A stretch of DNA of 64,000 nt from Squalus acanthias (GCA_030390025.1 CM059432.1:72604001-72668000); one strand, 5' to 3'. Positions 1-13,790 are shown, counted from the first letter of the stretch. The notes: a model not told the origin generated them from the sequence alone. A program made the numbers and translations.

Positions 1-1695
1 TGATATCAAGAAACAGCTGAGCGCACTGGATACAGCAAAGGCTATGGGCCCCGACAACATCCCGGCTATCGTGCTGAAGACTTGTGCTCCAGAACTAGCC
101 GCGCCTCTAGCCAAGCTGTTCCAGTACAGCTACAACACTGGCATCCTATCCAACAATGTGGAAAACTGCCCAGGTATGTCCTGTCCACAAAAAGCAGGAC
201 AAATCCAATAGAAGCATAGAAGATAGGAGCAGGAGTAGGCCATTCAGCCCCTCGAGCCTGCTCCGCCATTTAATGAGATCATGGCTGATCATCCAAATTC
301 AGTACCCTGTCCCTGCAATCCGGCCAATTACTGCCCCATCAGTCTACTCTCAATCATCAGCAAAGTGATGGAAGGTGTCATCAACAGTGCTATTAAGCGG
401 CACTTACTCACCAATAACCTGCTCACTGATGCCCAGTTTGGGTTCCGCCAAGACCACTCAGCTCCCGACCTCATTACAGCCTTGGTCCAAACATGGACAA
501 AAGAGCTGAATTCCAGAGGTGAGGTGAGAGTGACTGCCCTTGACATCAAGGCAGCATTTGACCGAGTGTGGCATCAAGGAGCCCTAGTAAAACTGAAGTC
601 AATGGGAATCGGGGGGAAAACTCTCCACTGGCTAGAGTCATACCTAGCACAAAGGAAGATGGTCGTGGTGGTTGAAGGTCAATCATGACAGCCCCAGGAC
701 ATCGCTGCAGGAGTTCCTCAGGGCAGCGTCCTAGGCCCAACCATCTTCAGCTGCTTCATCAATGACCTTCCCTCCAATATAAGGTCAGAAATGGGGATGT
801 TCGCTGATGACTGCAGTGTTCAGCACCATTCACAACTCCTCAGATAATGAAGCAGTCCATGCCCGCATGCAATAAGACCTGGACGACGTTCAGGCTTGGG
901 CTGATAAGTGGCAGGTAACATTCGTGCCACAGAAGTGCCAGGCAATGACTATCTCCAACAAGTAAGAGTCTAACCACCGCCCCTTGACATTCAATGGGAT
1001 TACCATCGCTGAATCCCCCACCATCAACATCCTGGGGGTCGCCATTGACCAGAAACTTAACTGGACTAGCCACATAAATACTGTGGCAACAAGAGCAGGT
1101 CAGAGGTTAGGTATTCTGTGGCGAGTGTCTCACCTCCTGACTCCCCAAAGCCTTTCCACCATCTGCAAGGCACAAGTAAGCAGTGTAATGGAATACTCTC
1201 CACTTGCCTGGATGAGTGCAGCTCCAACAACACTCAAGAAGCTCGACACCATCCAGGACAAAGCAGCCCGTTTGATTGGCACCCCATCCAACATCTTAAA
1301 CATTCACTCCCTCCACCACCGGCGTACCGTGGCTGCAGTGTGTACCATCTACAAGATGCACTGCAGCAACTCGCCAAGGCTTCTTCGGCAGCACCTCCCA
1401 AACCCGTGACCTCTTCCACCTAGAAGGACAAGGGCAGCAGGCACATGGGAACACCACCACCTCCAAGTTCCCCTCCAAGTCACACACCATCCTGAAGTAT
1501 ATCGCCAATCCTTCATCGTCGCTGGGTTAAAATCCTGGAACTCCCTACCTAACAGCACTGTGGGAGTACCTTCACCACATGGACTGCAGCAGTTCAAGAA
1601 GGTGGCTCACCACCACCTTCTCAAGGGCAATTAGGGATGGGCAATAAATGCTGGCCTTGCCAGCGACGCCCACATCCCATAAACGAATAAAAAAT
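1..1695 (+). mobile_element. LINE-A non-LTR retrotransposon (CR1/L2-group RT), 3' part, disrupted; 5' end outside window
   Basis: RT motifs QFGFRQ, LDIKAAFDRVWH, GVPQGSVLGP, MFADD spread over frameshifts and stops; 3' end AATAAATGCTGGCC...GAATAAAAAA; same family at 39372-42008 and 54306-55612. Confidence 0.9.
210..316 (-). mobile_element. 5'-truncated HE1-SINE/CR1 3' tail inserted into LINE-A
   Basis: Reverse complement matches the SINE tail at 15547-15660; flanked by CAAT at 206-209 and 316-319; removing it restores AAATCCAATCCGGCC as at 54321-54331 and (one mismatch) 40825-40839. Confidence 0.85.
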
Positions 1696-2831
1696 AAGTG
1701 TCTCAGCTTTTCTCAGATGCATGTACTAATCAATATAGCTTCAAATAAGAATTAATCATTTCTTGATGTTTATTTTAGTCACTCTTCTTATGTATTACTG
1801 CTAATAAAAAAACTAAGCAAAAGTGCAATGATTATTCTGTATAGAATGTACAAGAGACACTAGAAGGAACTAATTGAATATCTTTCTCAATGACACCCAG
1901 TCACACTCATGTTTCACATAATATATTCCACATGTGATTTACAGCAGGAAACAACATTATAATGTTCATTCTGTGTAGTGTGATGGACAAATCCAATGTA
2001 CTAGTATATCTCCTGCAGCATTGCTCACAGTGAATCACAAGATGATAAAAGGAACTGGTAACTGACCCCACATCAAAGGCAAAACAGTAGCAAATTATAA
2101 ACAAACAACTTGATAATGTTATGGTTATGCTCTGAAGGGACAATGGTTGTAAGTTGAGTGCCAGTGTTCGGCTGAGAGGTAAAGTAACATTAATATTTAA
2201 GAAAATGTTATGAATTATTTAGAGGGTGTGAGTTTTATTTTGTTTATATGCTCAAGTCTAATATTTTATATAGAGTGTAATATATATTTCTGATGGTTAT
2301 TTTGTAGTGTATAAATTATAAAGGGGATGCATTCTGTGCATGTATACAAGGCCTGCAATGGTTGTATTTGTACTGGCTCCTCCATTTAAAGGGCCAGACA
2401 GCAATCAATGCAAGCATTCATTATTTTGATGAAATTAACCCCTATTTGCATCTTATTCCCATTGCCCTCTGAGGTGCTGCAGCATTGGGGTTCCAGAGTA
2501 AGCATTGGGGCCGCACAATGAAGGAGGAGAGCTGACATTAAGGCGTTCCACCTATTTGGCTTGAGTTTCATGCCCAAAATATCAGTGCATTTCACACATT
2601 AGAGGAATGTGGGTGCCATTGAATGCTAGCCAAGGCCTGTACACAACAGATCTTCAATAGGGCATTGAGTGATGTTTAACTTAACTCCTACTTGCCAGAG
2701 GCATCAAAGACTGACTGAGACACAGAAATGCTTTAACTAACACTGCTTTATTTAACAACATAAATGATATCCCAATTCATACTATCACAAAGTTACAAAT
2801 TAATGATTACAGCCACTTCCCTGACAACCAT

Positions 2832-3698
2832 GTGTGCGGGAAGTGTATCCAGCTGCAGCTACTGACAGACTGCATTGTGGCACTGGAGCTGCGGATGGAT
2901 GCGTATTGGAGCATTCGCGATGCTGAGAACCTTGTGGGTAGCACGTTTAGCGAGTTGGTCACACCGCAGGCAAAGGGTGTACAGGCAGGAAGTAAATGGG
3001 TGACCACCAGGCAGAGTAAGAGGTGCAGGCAGGTAGTGCAGGGGTCCCCTGTGGACATCCCCCTCTCAAACAGATATACCACTTTGGATACTGTTGGGGG
3101 GGATGACTTATCAGGGGAAGGCAGCAGCAGCCAACTTCCTGGCACCATGGGTGGCTCTGCTGCACAGGCTGGGAGGAAAAAGAGTGGAAGAGCTATAGTG
3201 ATAGTGGACTCAATTGTAAGGGGAATAGATAGGCGTTTCTGCGGCCGCAACCGAGACTCCAGGATGGTGTGTTGCCTCCCTGGTGCAAGGGTCAAGGACG
3301 TCTTGGAGAGGCTACAGAACATTTTGGAGGGGGAGGGCGAACAGCCAGCTGTCATGGTGCACATAGGCACCAACGATATAGGTAAAAAGGGGGATGAGGT
3401 CCTAAAAGCAGAATATAGGGAGTTAGGAGGTAAATTAAAAAATAGGACCTCAAAGGTAGTAATCTCAGGATTGCTACCAGTGCCACGTGCTAGTCAGAAT
3501 AGAAATAGGAGGATATTTCAAATGAATATGTCGCTAGAGGAATGGTGCAAGGGGGAGGGATTCAAATTCCTGGGACATTGGAACCGGTTCTGGGGGAGGT
3601 GGGACCAGTACAAACCGGACGGTCTGCACCTGGGCAGGGCCGGGACCGCTGTCCTAGGGGGAGTGTTTGCTAGTGCTGTTGGGAAGGGTTTAAACTAA
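2832..3698 (+). CDS. CR1 ORF1 protein (partial zinc finger/coiled coil plus SGNH esterase domain), N-terminally truncated
   Basis: CGKC..LQLL, IVIVDSIVRG (GDS block altered), LPGA, VHIGTND, DGLHL motifs. Confidence 0.85.
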   Translation: MCGKCIQLQLLTDCIVALELRMDAYWSIRDAENLVGSTFSELVTPQAKGVQAGSKWVTTRQSKRCRQVVQGSPVDIPLSNRYTTLDTVGGDDLSGEGSSSQLPGTMGGSAAQAGRKKSGRAIVIVDSIVRGIDRRFCGRNRDSRMVCCLPGARVKDVLERLQNILEGEGEQPAVMVHIGTNDIGKKGDEVLKAEYRELGGKLKNRTSKVVISGLLPVPRASQNRNRRIFQMNMSLEEWCKGEGFKFLGHWNRFWGRWDQYKPDGLHLGRAGTAVLGGVFASAVGKGLN

Positions 3699-3742
3699 AG
3701 TGGCAGGGGGTTGGGCACCTGAGCAGGGAGACAGAGGAAAGC

Positions 3743-6638
3743 GTGTCAGGAAGGGACAGAAGGTATGGAGTAAAAGGTAAAGTGTTAAAAAAGGAAAAAG
3801 CAGGAACTAAGTGTCACAAAACATATTTGAAAGTTCTTTATCTGAATGCACGTAGCATTCGTAACAAAATGGACGAGTTAACGGCACAAATAACTACGTA
3901 TGGGTATGATCTTGTGGCCATTACAGAAACATGGCTGCAGGGTGACAACGACTGGGAATTAAATATGCCAGGGTATTTAACAATCAGGAAGGACAGGCAG
4001 GAAGGAAGGGGAGGTGGGGTGGCTATGTTAATAAAGGAAGGAATCACTGTAATACAGAGAAATTATATTGGGTCAAAGGATCAGGATAATGAAACAGTTT
4101 GGGTGGAGATAAGGAATAATAAGGGGGAAAAAACACTAGTGGGAGTAGTATATAGGCCTCCTAGTAGTTGCAACTCTGCTGGAAGAAGTATTAATCAGGA
4201 AATAGTTGGGGCATGTAATAAGGGAACAGCTATAATTATGGGGGATTTTAACTATCATATTAACTGGACAAATCAAATTGGGCAGGGCAGCCTTGAGGAA
4301 GAGTTTATTGAGTGTATTAAGGATGGATTTCTTGAGCAGTATGTAACTGATCCTACAAGGGGGCAAGCAACCTTGGACCTGGTCCTGTGTAATGAGTCAG
4401 GATTAATTAATAATGTCCTAGTTAAGGATCCCCTTGGAATGAGTGACCATAACATGGTTGAATTCCACATCCAATTAGAGGGTGAGAAGGTTGGTTCTCA
4501 AACAAGCGTACTGAGTTTGAATAAAGGAGTCTATGATGGTATGAGAGCGGAATTGATTAAAGTGGACTGGGAAAATAGATTAAAGGGTAAGACGGTACAT
4601 GAGCAGTGGTGTTCATTTAAGGAGTTATTTTACAACTTTCAAAAAATATATATTCCACTGAGGAAAAAAGGGTGTAAAAGAAATGACAGCCATCCATGGC
4701 TAAGTAAAGAAATTAAGGATAGTATCCGACTAAAAACAAGGACATATAAGGTAGCCAAACTTAGTGGGAGGATAGAAGATTGGGAAGTCTTCAAAAGACA
4801 GCAAAAAGTAACTAAAGGATTGATTAAGAAAGGGAAGATAGATTATGAAAATAAATTAGCAAAAAATATAAAAACAGATAGCAAGAGTTTCTATAGTTAT
4901 ATAAAAAGAAAAAGGGTGGCTAAGGCAAACGTAGGTCCCTCAGAGGATGAGACCGGGAAATTAATGGTGGGAAACATGGAGATGGCAAAAATGCTGAACA
5001 AATATTTTGTTTCAGTCTTTACGGTAGAGGACACTAAGAATATCCCAACACTGGACAAACAGGGGGCTCTAGTGGGGGAGGAGCTAAATACGATTAAAAT
5101 CACTAAGGAATTGGTATTCAGTAAAATAATGGGACTCAAGGCGGATAAATCCCCTGGACCTGATGGCTTACATCCTAGGGTCTTGAGGGAAGTGGCAGTA
5201 GGGATTGTGGATGCTTTGGTAATAATTTTCCAAAATTCCCTGGACTCAGCAAAGGTCCCGGCAGATTGGAAAACTGCTAATGTAACACCCTTATTTAAAA
5301 AGGGTAGTAGGCAGAAGGCTGGAAATTATAGACCAGTTAGCCTAACATCTGTGGTGGGTAAAATTTTGGAGTCTATTATTAAGGAGACAGTAACGGAACA
5401 TTTAGATAAACATAATTTAATAGGATAAAGTCAGCATGGCTTTATGAAGGGTAAGTCATGTCTGACAAATTTGCTTGAGTTCTTTGAGGACATAACGTAC
5501 AGGGTGGATAAAGGGGAACCAGTGGACGTAGTGTATTTAGACTTCCAGAAGGCATTCGACAAGGTGCCACATAAAAGATTATTACTCAAGATAAAAAATC
5601 ACTGGATTGGGGGTAATATTCTGGCATGGGTGGAAGATTGGTTATCTAACAGGAAGCAGAGAGTTGGGATAAATGGTTCATTCTCGGACTGGCAACCAGT
5701 AGCCAGTGGTGTTCCGCAGGGGTCGGTGCTGGGTCCCCAACTCTTTACAATCTATATTAACGATTTGGAGGAGGGGACCGAGTGTAACATATCAAAGTTT
5801 GCAGATGATACAAAGATGGGAGGGAAAGTAGAAAGTGAGGAGGACATAAAAAACCTACAAGGGGATATAGACAGGCTGGGTGAGTGGGCGGAGATTTGGC
5901 AGATGCAATACAATATTGGAAAATGTGAGGTTATGCACTTTGGCAGGAAAAATCAGAGAGCAAGTTATTATCTTAATGGCGAGAAACTGGCAAGTACTGC
6001 AGTACAAAGGGATCTGGGGGTCCTAGTGCAAGAAAATCAAAAAGTTAGCATGCAGGTGCAGCAAGTGATCAAGAAGGCCAACGGAATGTTGCCTTTTATT
6101 GCTAGGGGGATAGATTATAAAAACAGGGAGGTATTGCTGCAGTTATATAAGGTATTGGTGAGACCGCACCTTGGACTACTGCATACAGTTTTGGTGTCCA
6201 TACTTAAGAAAAGACATACTTGCTCTCGAGGCAGTACAAAGAAGGTTCACTCGGTTAATCCCGGGGATGAGGGGGTGGACATATGAGGAGAGGTTGAGTA
6301 GATTGGGATGCTACTCATTGGAGTTCAGAAGAATGAGAGGCGATCTTATTGAAACATATAAGATTGTGAAGGGGCTTGATCGGGTGGATGCGGTAAGGAT
6401 GTTCCCAAGGATGGGTGAAACTAGAACTAGGGGGCATAATCCTGGAATAAGGGGCTGCTCTTTCAAAACTAAGATGAGGAGAAACTTCTTCACTCAGAGG
6501 GTAGTAGGTCTGTGGAATTTGCTGCCCCAGGAAGCTGTGGAAGCTACATCATTAAATAAATGTAAAACAGAAATAGACAGTTTCCTAGAAGTAAAGGGAA
6601 TTAGGGGTTGCGGGGAGCGGGCAGGAAATTGGACATGA
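3743..6638 (+). pseudogene. CR1 ORF2 (APE endonuclease plus reverse transcriptase) with one stop and one frameshift
   Basis: YLNARS, ITETW, YRPP, MGDFN, LDL, SDHN; KSPGPDG, YRPVSL, GVPQGSVLGP, FADD; stop at 5426-5428, frameshift near 6170. Confidence 0.95.
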
Positions 6639-6857
6639 GGCTGAGTTCGGATCGGTCAAGGCCCTGTGGGTGGCGGAGCGGGCCCAGGGGCTGAGTGGCC
6701 AGGTCCTGCTCCTACTTCTTGTGTTCTTTAGATTTGAGGTTAGGATCAGATCAGCCATGATCTTATTGAATGGCGGAGCAGGCTCGAGGGGCCGATTGGC
6801 CTACTCCTGCTCCTATTTCTTATGTTCTTATGTATGTTCTTAAATTAGGTTGATGCT

Positions 6858-8545
6858 TAACATAAGAAACATAAGAAATAGGAGCAGGAATAGGCCACTT
6901 GACCCCTCGAGCCTGCTCCACCATTCAATAAGATCATGGCTGATCTCGGGCTCAAAGCCACTTCCCCGCCCGCTCCCCATAACCATTCACTCCCTTATCT
7001 TGCAAAAATCTGTCTATCTCCACCTTAAATGTATTTAATGACCCAGCCTCCACAGCTCTCTGGGGCAGAGAATTCCTCCTCATCACAGTTCTAAAAGGGC
7101 GACCCTTTATTCTAAAACTATGCCCCCGCGTTCTAGATTTCCCCACGAGGGGAAACATCCTCTCTGCATCTACCTTGTCGAGCCCCTTCAGTATCTTATA
7201 TGTTTCAATAAGATCACCTCTCATTCTTCTAAATTCCAATGAGTATAGGCCCAGCCTGCTCAACCTTTCCTCATAAGTCAACCCCCTCATCTCTGGAATT
7301 AACCTAGTGAATCGTCTCTGAACTGCCTCCAATGCAAGTATATCCTTCCTTAAATAAGGAGACCAAAACTGTACGCAGTACTCAAGGTGTGGTCTCACCA
7401 ATACCCTGTACAGTTGTAGCAGGACTTCCTTGCTTTTATACTCCAACCCTTTTGAAATAAAGGCCAACATTCCATTTGCCTTTTTGATTACTTGCTGTAC
7501 CTGCATGCTAACTTTTTGTGTTTCATGCACAAGGACCCCCAGGTCCCTCTGAACTATAGCATTTTGTAATCTCTCTCTATTTAAATAATAATTTGCTTTT
7601 TTATTTTTCCTGCCAAAGTGTATAACCTCGCACTTTCCCACATTATACTCCATCTGCCAAATGTTTGCCCACTCACCTAGCCTGTCTATATCCCTTTGCA
7701 GGTTTTTTGAGTTCTCTGCACAACTTGCTTTCCCACCCATCTTTGTATCATCCGCAAACTTGGCTACATTACACTCGGTCCCTTCATCCAAGTCATTAAT
7801 GTAGATTGTAAATAGTTGAGGCCCGAGCACCGATCCCTGTGGCACCCCACTAGTTACCTTTTGCCAACCGGAAAATGACCCATTTATCCCGACTCTCTGC
7901 TTTCTGTTAGTTAGCCAATTCTCTATCCGTGCTAATATATTACCCCCAATTCCGTGAGCTCTTATCTTATGCAGTAACCTTTTATGTGGCACCTTATCGA
8001 ATGCCTTCTGGAAATCCAAATACACCACATCCACTGGTTCACCTTTGTCCACCCTGCTCGTAACCTCCTCAAAGAACTCCAGCAAATTTGTTAAACATGA
8101 TTTCCCTTTCATAAAACCATGCTGACTCTGCTTGACTGCATTATGACTTTCCAAATGCCCTGCTATTGCTTCCTTAATGACGGACTCCAGCATTTTCCCA
8201 ACTGGTCTATAGTTTCCTGCTTTCTGTCTCCCTCCTTTCTTAAATAGGGGTGTTACATTTGCGGTTTCCCAATCCGCTGGGACCTCTCCAGAGTCCAGGG
8301 AATTTTGGTATATTGCAACCAGTGCATCCACTATCTCTGCAGCCACTTCTTTTAAGACCCTGGAATGCAGGCCATCTGGTCCAGGGGACTTGTCATCTTT
8401 TAGTCCCATTATGTTCCCAAGTACTATTTCCTTAGTGATAGTGATTGTTTTTAGTTCCCCCCTCCCTGGAGCCCCTTGATTATCCATTATTGGGATGTTG
8501 TTAGTGTCTTCTACCGTGAAGACAGATACAAAATATTTGTTCAGA
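6858..8545 (-). mobile_element. CR1 LINE, 5'-truncated (RT plus 3' UTR)
   Basis: ORF 6952-8562 with the RT motifs and two small in-frame deletions; CR1 tail at about 6858-6945. Confidence 0.93.
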
Positions 8546-8579
8546 ATCTTAATACCAATCAACGGAATTTAAATCATTG

Positions 8580-9765
8580 TAAGTATAACCAAAAACTTTA
8601 TGAAAAGGGAAAAAATAGAATATGAGAGAAAACTAGCAAGAAATATAAAAGCAGATTGTCAGAGCTTCCCTAAGTATGCAAAAAGGAGGAGAGTAGCAAA
8701 AGTAAACGTTGGTCCCTTAGAGGCTGAGACAGGAGAAATTATTATGGGGAATAAGGAAACAGCAGAAACATTAAACAAATATTTTGTATCTATCTTCACA
8801 GTAGAAGATACAAAAAGCAGACAAAAATAGTGGGGAACCAAGGGTCTAATGAGGGTGAGGAACTTAAAGTAATTAATATAAGTAGAGAAAAAGTACTAGA
8901 GAAACTAATGGGACTAAAAGCCGACAAATCCCCTGGACCTGATGGTCTACATCCTAGGGTTCTAAAGGAGGTGGCTGAAGAGATAGTGGATGCATTGCTT
9001 TTGATCTTCCAAAATTCCCTAGATTCCAGAACGGTCCCAGCAGATTGGAAGGTCGCAAATGTAACACCGCTATTCAAGAAAGGAGGGAGAGAGAAAACAG
9101 GGAACTACAGGCCAGTTAGCCTGACAGCAGTCGTCGGGAAAATGGGTTCGTGGGGTTGGGGGTAATATAGTAGCATGGCTAGAGGATTGGTTAATGGACA
9201 GAAAACAGAGAGTAGGGATAAACAAATCTTTTTCAGGTTGGCAGGCTGTAACTAGTGGGGTGCCGCAAGGATTGGTTGGAGCCTCAGCTATTTACAATCT
9301 ATATTAATGACCTAGATGAAGGGATAATGTATCCAAGTTTGCTGATGATACAAAGCTAGGTGGGACAATAAGATGTGAGGAGAACACAAAGAGTCTGCAA
9401 AGGGATATAGATAGACTAAGTGAGTGGGCAGTAAGGTGCCAGATGGAGGATAATGTAACGAAATGTGAGGTTATTCACTTTGGTAGGAAGAATAGAAAAA
9501 CAGAATATTTTTTAAATGGTGAGAAACTTTCAAATGTTGGTGTTCAGAGAGATTTGGGTGTCCTCGTGCAAGAAACACAGAAAGCTAGCATGCAGGTACA
9601 GCAAGCAATAAGGAAGGCAAACGTCATGTTGGCCTTTATTGCAAGGGAGTTGGAATATAAGAGTAGGGAAGTCTTGCTACAATTGTACAGAGCCTTGGTG
9701 AGACCACACCTGGAGTACTGTGCTGTGCACAGTTTTGGTCTCCTTATCTAAGGAAGGATATACGT
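8580..9765 (+). mobile_element. CR1 ORF2 fragment, decayed, with internal deletion
   Basis: KSPGPDG, YRPVSL, FADD, RPHLEYC in broken frames. Confidence 0.9.
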
Positions 9766-10872
9766 GGTTGCCTAGAATACTTTCAAGTCATGTAAGAAAT
9801 TTACTGTACAACAGCAATGAGAAATTTGAAAATGAATTTTAAACATCTAATGCATTCAAGGGCTAGATGACAAATCTTGATTGTGTAAATTTCTTTATTG
9901 CTTTAGGCAATGCATCATTTACATTTTGAAATCAACTTCTTTCTTTCCAGAGTAGGTTTGTACCACTTATATCCCTACAAACTGAACATTCAAAAGAAAA
10001 ACAATTTGAAGGAGCACCTTATCAAAGTCTAGTAACCAATACAGTACTGATGGACAAGGGGTACATCATGCTCAGTTCTTAAAACTGTAATAGTCTCCCA
10101 GTCACAAGGTGCTCCTTGCTTCGACTATAGCAAGCGTACTTTGTTCAAACCAATTTGCGTTGGTGGAAAAAAATCAGCCAGAGCCAAATATGAGCCATTT
10201 ATAATCATTGGATACATCTATCAGCACCAAAGTTAAGTACTACAAAACTGAGAAACTTCATTATTTTCGTAAGGACCTGTTTGAAATTGTCTTGACATAT
10301 TGTGCTATGTGATCTGACATTTTCTCAACAGGGGCAGCTGGTATATTGACTTGATATTTAAACAGTTTATGTGTTTTAGCTTCCTGTGTGCAATGGACAT
10401 AACCACAAAAGACAACAGTAGCATTTTATTTGTAGAATGGATGCAAGGCAGACTGAAAACTGAATCAAATCATGAGCTTAACTTCAAATTCATAATAGTT
10501 TCATCGCTGTGAGTTTAATAACTTTGAAATTATTGCAAAGCTTACAAGTCTAGCATCAAAATGCCTGTGATGAGTTGTCTATGACTATTGTTGTCTTTCT
10601 TCAGTTGTCTTCTAACCTTTATAGTTTTAGCTTCTTAATTTTTAGCTTTTTTGCTGTTATGCTGTACTTTCTCTCTGCTCAGCAATTATTATATTAGCTG
10701 TCGTAATACTTTTAATTTGGATCTAAGCATTCAGGCCCTTAAAATCTGTAATCTTCTTGGTGCAATCTGGGTGGGTGTGGTAGATTTTGGAACAAGATCC
10801 AATTGCCCCATTTGTATGATGCTGGGGTTTCCTTTTTGGTTGAGGGGGGAATGACTGTTCCTGCATCAACCC

Positions 10873-11490
10873 CAGGGCCAGCCTTAGGGAAAATGGCGCC
10901 CTGGGCAAACTTGAATTTTGTATTCTTTGAGTTTAAGTATGTAGTAGTATTAGCGAAAAGTTTCAGAAATAAAGCTGTAATCTCAAAAGTTTTTCAATTG
11001 AAATAATAAACGATGTAATTCATAAAAAATAAAATTATCGCTAAGTGACTAATAAACTAAACATTAAATTAAACACTAAACTAATAAATAACAATAACAA
11101 ATAAAAAACTTTGTTCACCAAGATATTTTGAGCCACTTCATTCTCAATAGACAGGATTGCCAACGAAGATAGCCTGTTGTCTCCCATGCACAATCACAAA
11201 TATGTTTTTATGACCTTCAACTTTGAGAAGCTCTGTTTGCTGCTCGCCACCGATACGGGCATGGTTAACAGGATCCTGAGTACTATCCATGTGTTTAGGA
11301 ACTTGCTCTTGAACCTTGAAGTTTGCTCTTCCTGAGGAGCACTACCATCCATTGGAAGCAGACTTTGGAGATTCCCAAGTTCTTTGCAGAGGTCGACGCC
11401 ATTAATGTCAGACCCTCTTGACCATGGTGCCTCCCTGACCATGGCGCCCTGGGCAGTCACTCATGTCACCCACCCGTAAGACCGGCCCTG
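10873..11490 (-). mobile_element. hAT (Tip100/ZMYM1-like) non-autonomous deletion derivative
   Basis: TIRs CAGGGCCAGCCTTA / rc CAGGGCCGGTCTTA (12/14); 8-bp TSD ATCAACCC/ATCTACCC; C-terminal dimerisation remnant LRILLTMPVSVASSKQSFSKLKVIKTYL...RLSSLAILSIENE. Confidence 0.9.
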
Positions 11491-12924
11491 ATCTACCCAC
11501 TTTCAGTCTGACATCACGGAAGGAGGCAGGACTGGCAGAAGGATGTCACCAAGCAGAGCTCTTGCCTGTCCCGCCTCTGATGTTCTAACATAACTTACAC
11601 TTACATGAAGCAGGAGTACAGTATTTTTAAGAAGGTGAACCAGATTCTTAAAGGCCAGTCTCTTGTCGTAAAGTGATCGGCTGCTGTAACAAATTGGGCT
11701 TCCTAGAAAAGAGCCCCTTTTTCTGACAATCTTCACTCTTAGGTCAAATTTGCAGCTCTGCTCACCAGTTGCTGTCCGGTATTATTGTTTGTACACCTCC
11801 ACACCTAGTGGGCACCCATCTGTACTGCTGGCATGGATGCCGCCCCACTTTATTTAAATTATCTGATGCTGGAAATTATGACGGGGTCAGAATAAGTCCT
11901 GATGTTATAGCAGCAGAGTGGGATCGTGAACTTTTGGCCCCTTAATCTTTCTCAGACCATCGAACTTTACAATCATAAAACTTCTGTCAACTTTCAAAGT
12001 TCTTCTTGAACCATCTAACCTTCCTCGATAGCTCTTCACAACTTCTTAAAACCTGATTTAGGGGAACAATGTCTGACTTTAAAAAACTTAAAATATCACA
12101 AAGGACGTCCTTCTTCAAGGAAAATGACAAAGAATGACCAATCAAAATGATCAATTCAACCATGTGGATCACTTTGAAAGATGGCAATCAATTGTGCAGA
12201 CGTGTCAGAGACTATAATTGCTGAATCTAAATTCGTTTGTCAAAAACAGACTCCAAATTATTCTTTTACCTCTTCCTCTTCCCTAAATCATGATAAGGAG
12301 ACATATTTTCTGCTAACGATTCTCTGCCAAGGTCTCAAATGGTTTATTAAGGAAGTGGTTATGTGCTCAAAGACGATAACACATTGTCTGTTCTTCAACT
12401 TTGGCAGGCCTTGATTTGAGCTGGTGTAAGGAGGTTAATTAGGAACTTTTAGATGTAGCAGAAAGTGTAAATGCCTGTATGTCTTACAAACATATGCCAT
12501 GAACATGAGCATCTCTTACCATTTAGAATACAAATCTTATTGAGGGTTAGTTTATGAGTGTCGATTTTCCAAGGCTCTGCTGTCTGTGGAATCTTGCTGT
12601 AAAATGCAAAGTTCATAAAATCGGTGATACAACCTTGCACAGCTGATTCACAGCAGGCTGGATTTTGCAACTGACACTATTGGTGGGTGAAAGGCAGCTG
12701 CGTTACTGGCAACTCAAGCCACATTTTTGTGGAACAATTATTCAAACTAGGTCACACACCAAATTTGATGAAGCTCGTCTGAGCTACACTCCCAGCATTC
12801 TCCTCACCCAAATGAATTTGGCACCTAACCAATCCACAGCCCTGGCGTATTTTAGTTGACTTCTTAAAGAGATGATTGATTTTGAAAGTTGCTTTTTCAT
12901 GATGTTACATTTCAGTACTTAATA

Positions 12925-13178
12925 CAGTAATCCCTCCCCAACCGCGGGGGATACGTCCCTGAAAACCCCCGTGGTTAGTAAAACCGCGGTTGGCAAATAC
13001 AGTATAAATGTTCAAATAACACAATAAAAAAGAATATAAAAGCAATAAAATCATGTTATTTACCTTAATCCTAAATTAAAAACCGCGTATACGCAAAATT
13101 CACTGCCGCGGTTGGCAAAAGTTGTCGCAGAGAGGAAACCGTGTATACTTGAAATCCGAGTATGGGGCGGGATTCCTG
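12925..13178. mobile_element. Tc1/mariner (Tigger/pogo-like) MITE
   Basis: TIRs CAGTAATCCCTCCCCA / rc CAGGAATCCCGCCCCA; TA on both sides (12923-24, 13179-80); repeated AACCGCG motifs. Confidence 0.85.
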
Positions 13179-13399
13179 TATTTGTACTTATTATTTATTT
13201 TTTGCTTGTGTCTTTGTTTTGCATCCAAGACTTTCCTGCAGTCCTTTTCCTTGCTAATGCTTTGTAACTTGCAGCTAACAAAGTGCTGAGAATGGGAATC
13301 TCTTTTGATGTCTCCATTGCCTTTCACTGCAAGGTTAGAATAGGACAATTTCATGAGGTGTCATGTCCAGGTGTGACAATGCTTGAGGAGGTATGTGAA

Positions 13400-13790
13400 C
13401 ACCCATCACTACCCCCAGATCCAAATTTATAGACCCCAATGGTCAAATCTAAGCATATCTGAGGGGACCTGTCTTCACTGTCTCTGCTTTATTAAAGAGG
13501 ATGTGATGTCGCTATACCATCTGTTTCAGGCTGACCTGCGGACATCTTCATGGGATGGCTCTTCCTATAGCTATGAAGGCCATTATTGCACTAAGTAATG
13601 CTACAGATTTTTCCAGGCCACTGCAGGGGACATCTGCCAAATCAGACAATTTGTTGTTCATAGATGCTTAAAGATGCCATGTTTGCCATGAGAAACACCT
13701 TCATAATTTTCCCTATGAGAAGGAGGCAGCCGCTGGAGAGGGCACAGAACTTTTTCTATGGCTTCCCAAGAGTCCAGGCCAAGATAGATG
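13400..13790 (+). pseudogene. Old, heavily decayed Harbinger transposase fragment
   Basis: YPQIQIYRP..LSISEGTC..LCFIKEDVMSLYHLFQADL, FQATAGDICQI, GFPRVQAKID follow the same order as the transposases at 37138-38327 and 59012-60249. Confidence 0.7.

Larger units (their letters stand above)
2805..6842 (+). mobile_element. CR1 LINE, near full length, slightly 5'-truncated (CR1-A)
   Basis: ORF1 plus ORF2 plus 3' UTR ending in TTCTTATG-type microsatellite. Confidence 0.95.

Noticed and set aside
6858..9765. Single inverted CR1 insertion
   Set aside because: The two pieces overlap extensively in content and differ in sequence and decay; independent insertions
9935..10085. Possible plus-strand terminal exon after TTCTTTCCAG
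   Set aside because: No partner exon or recognisable peptide
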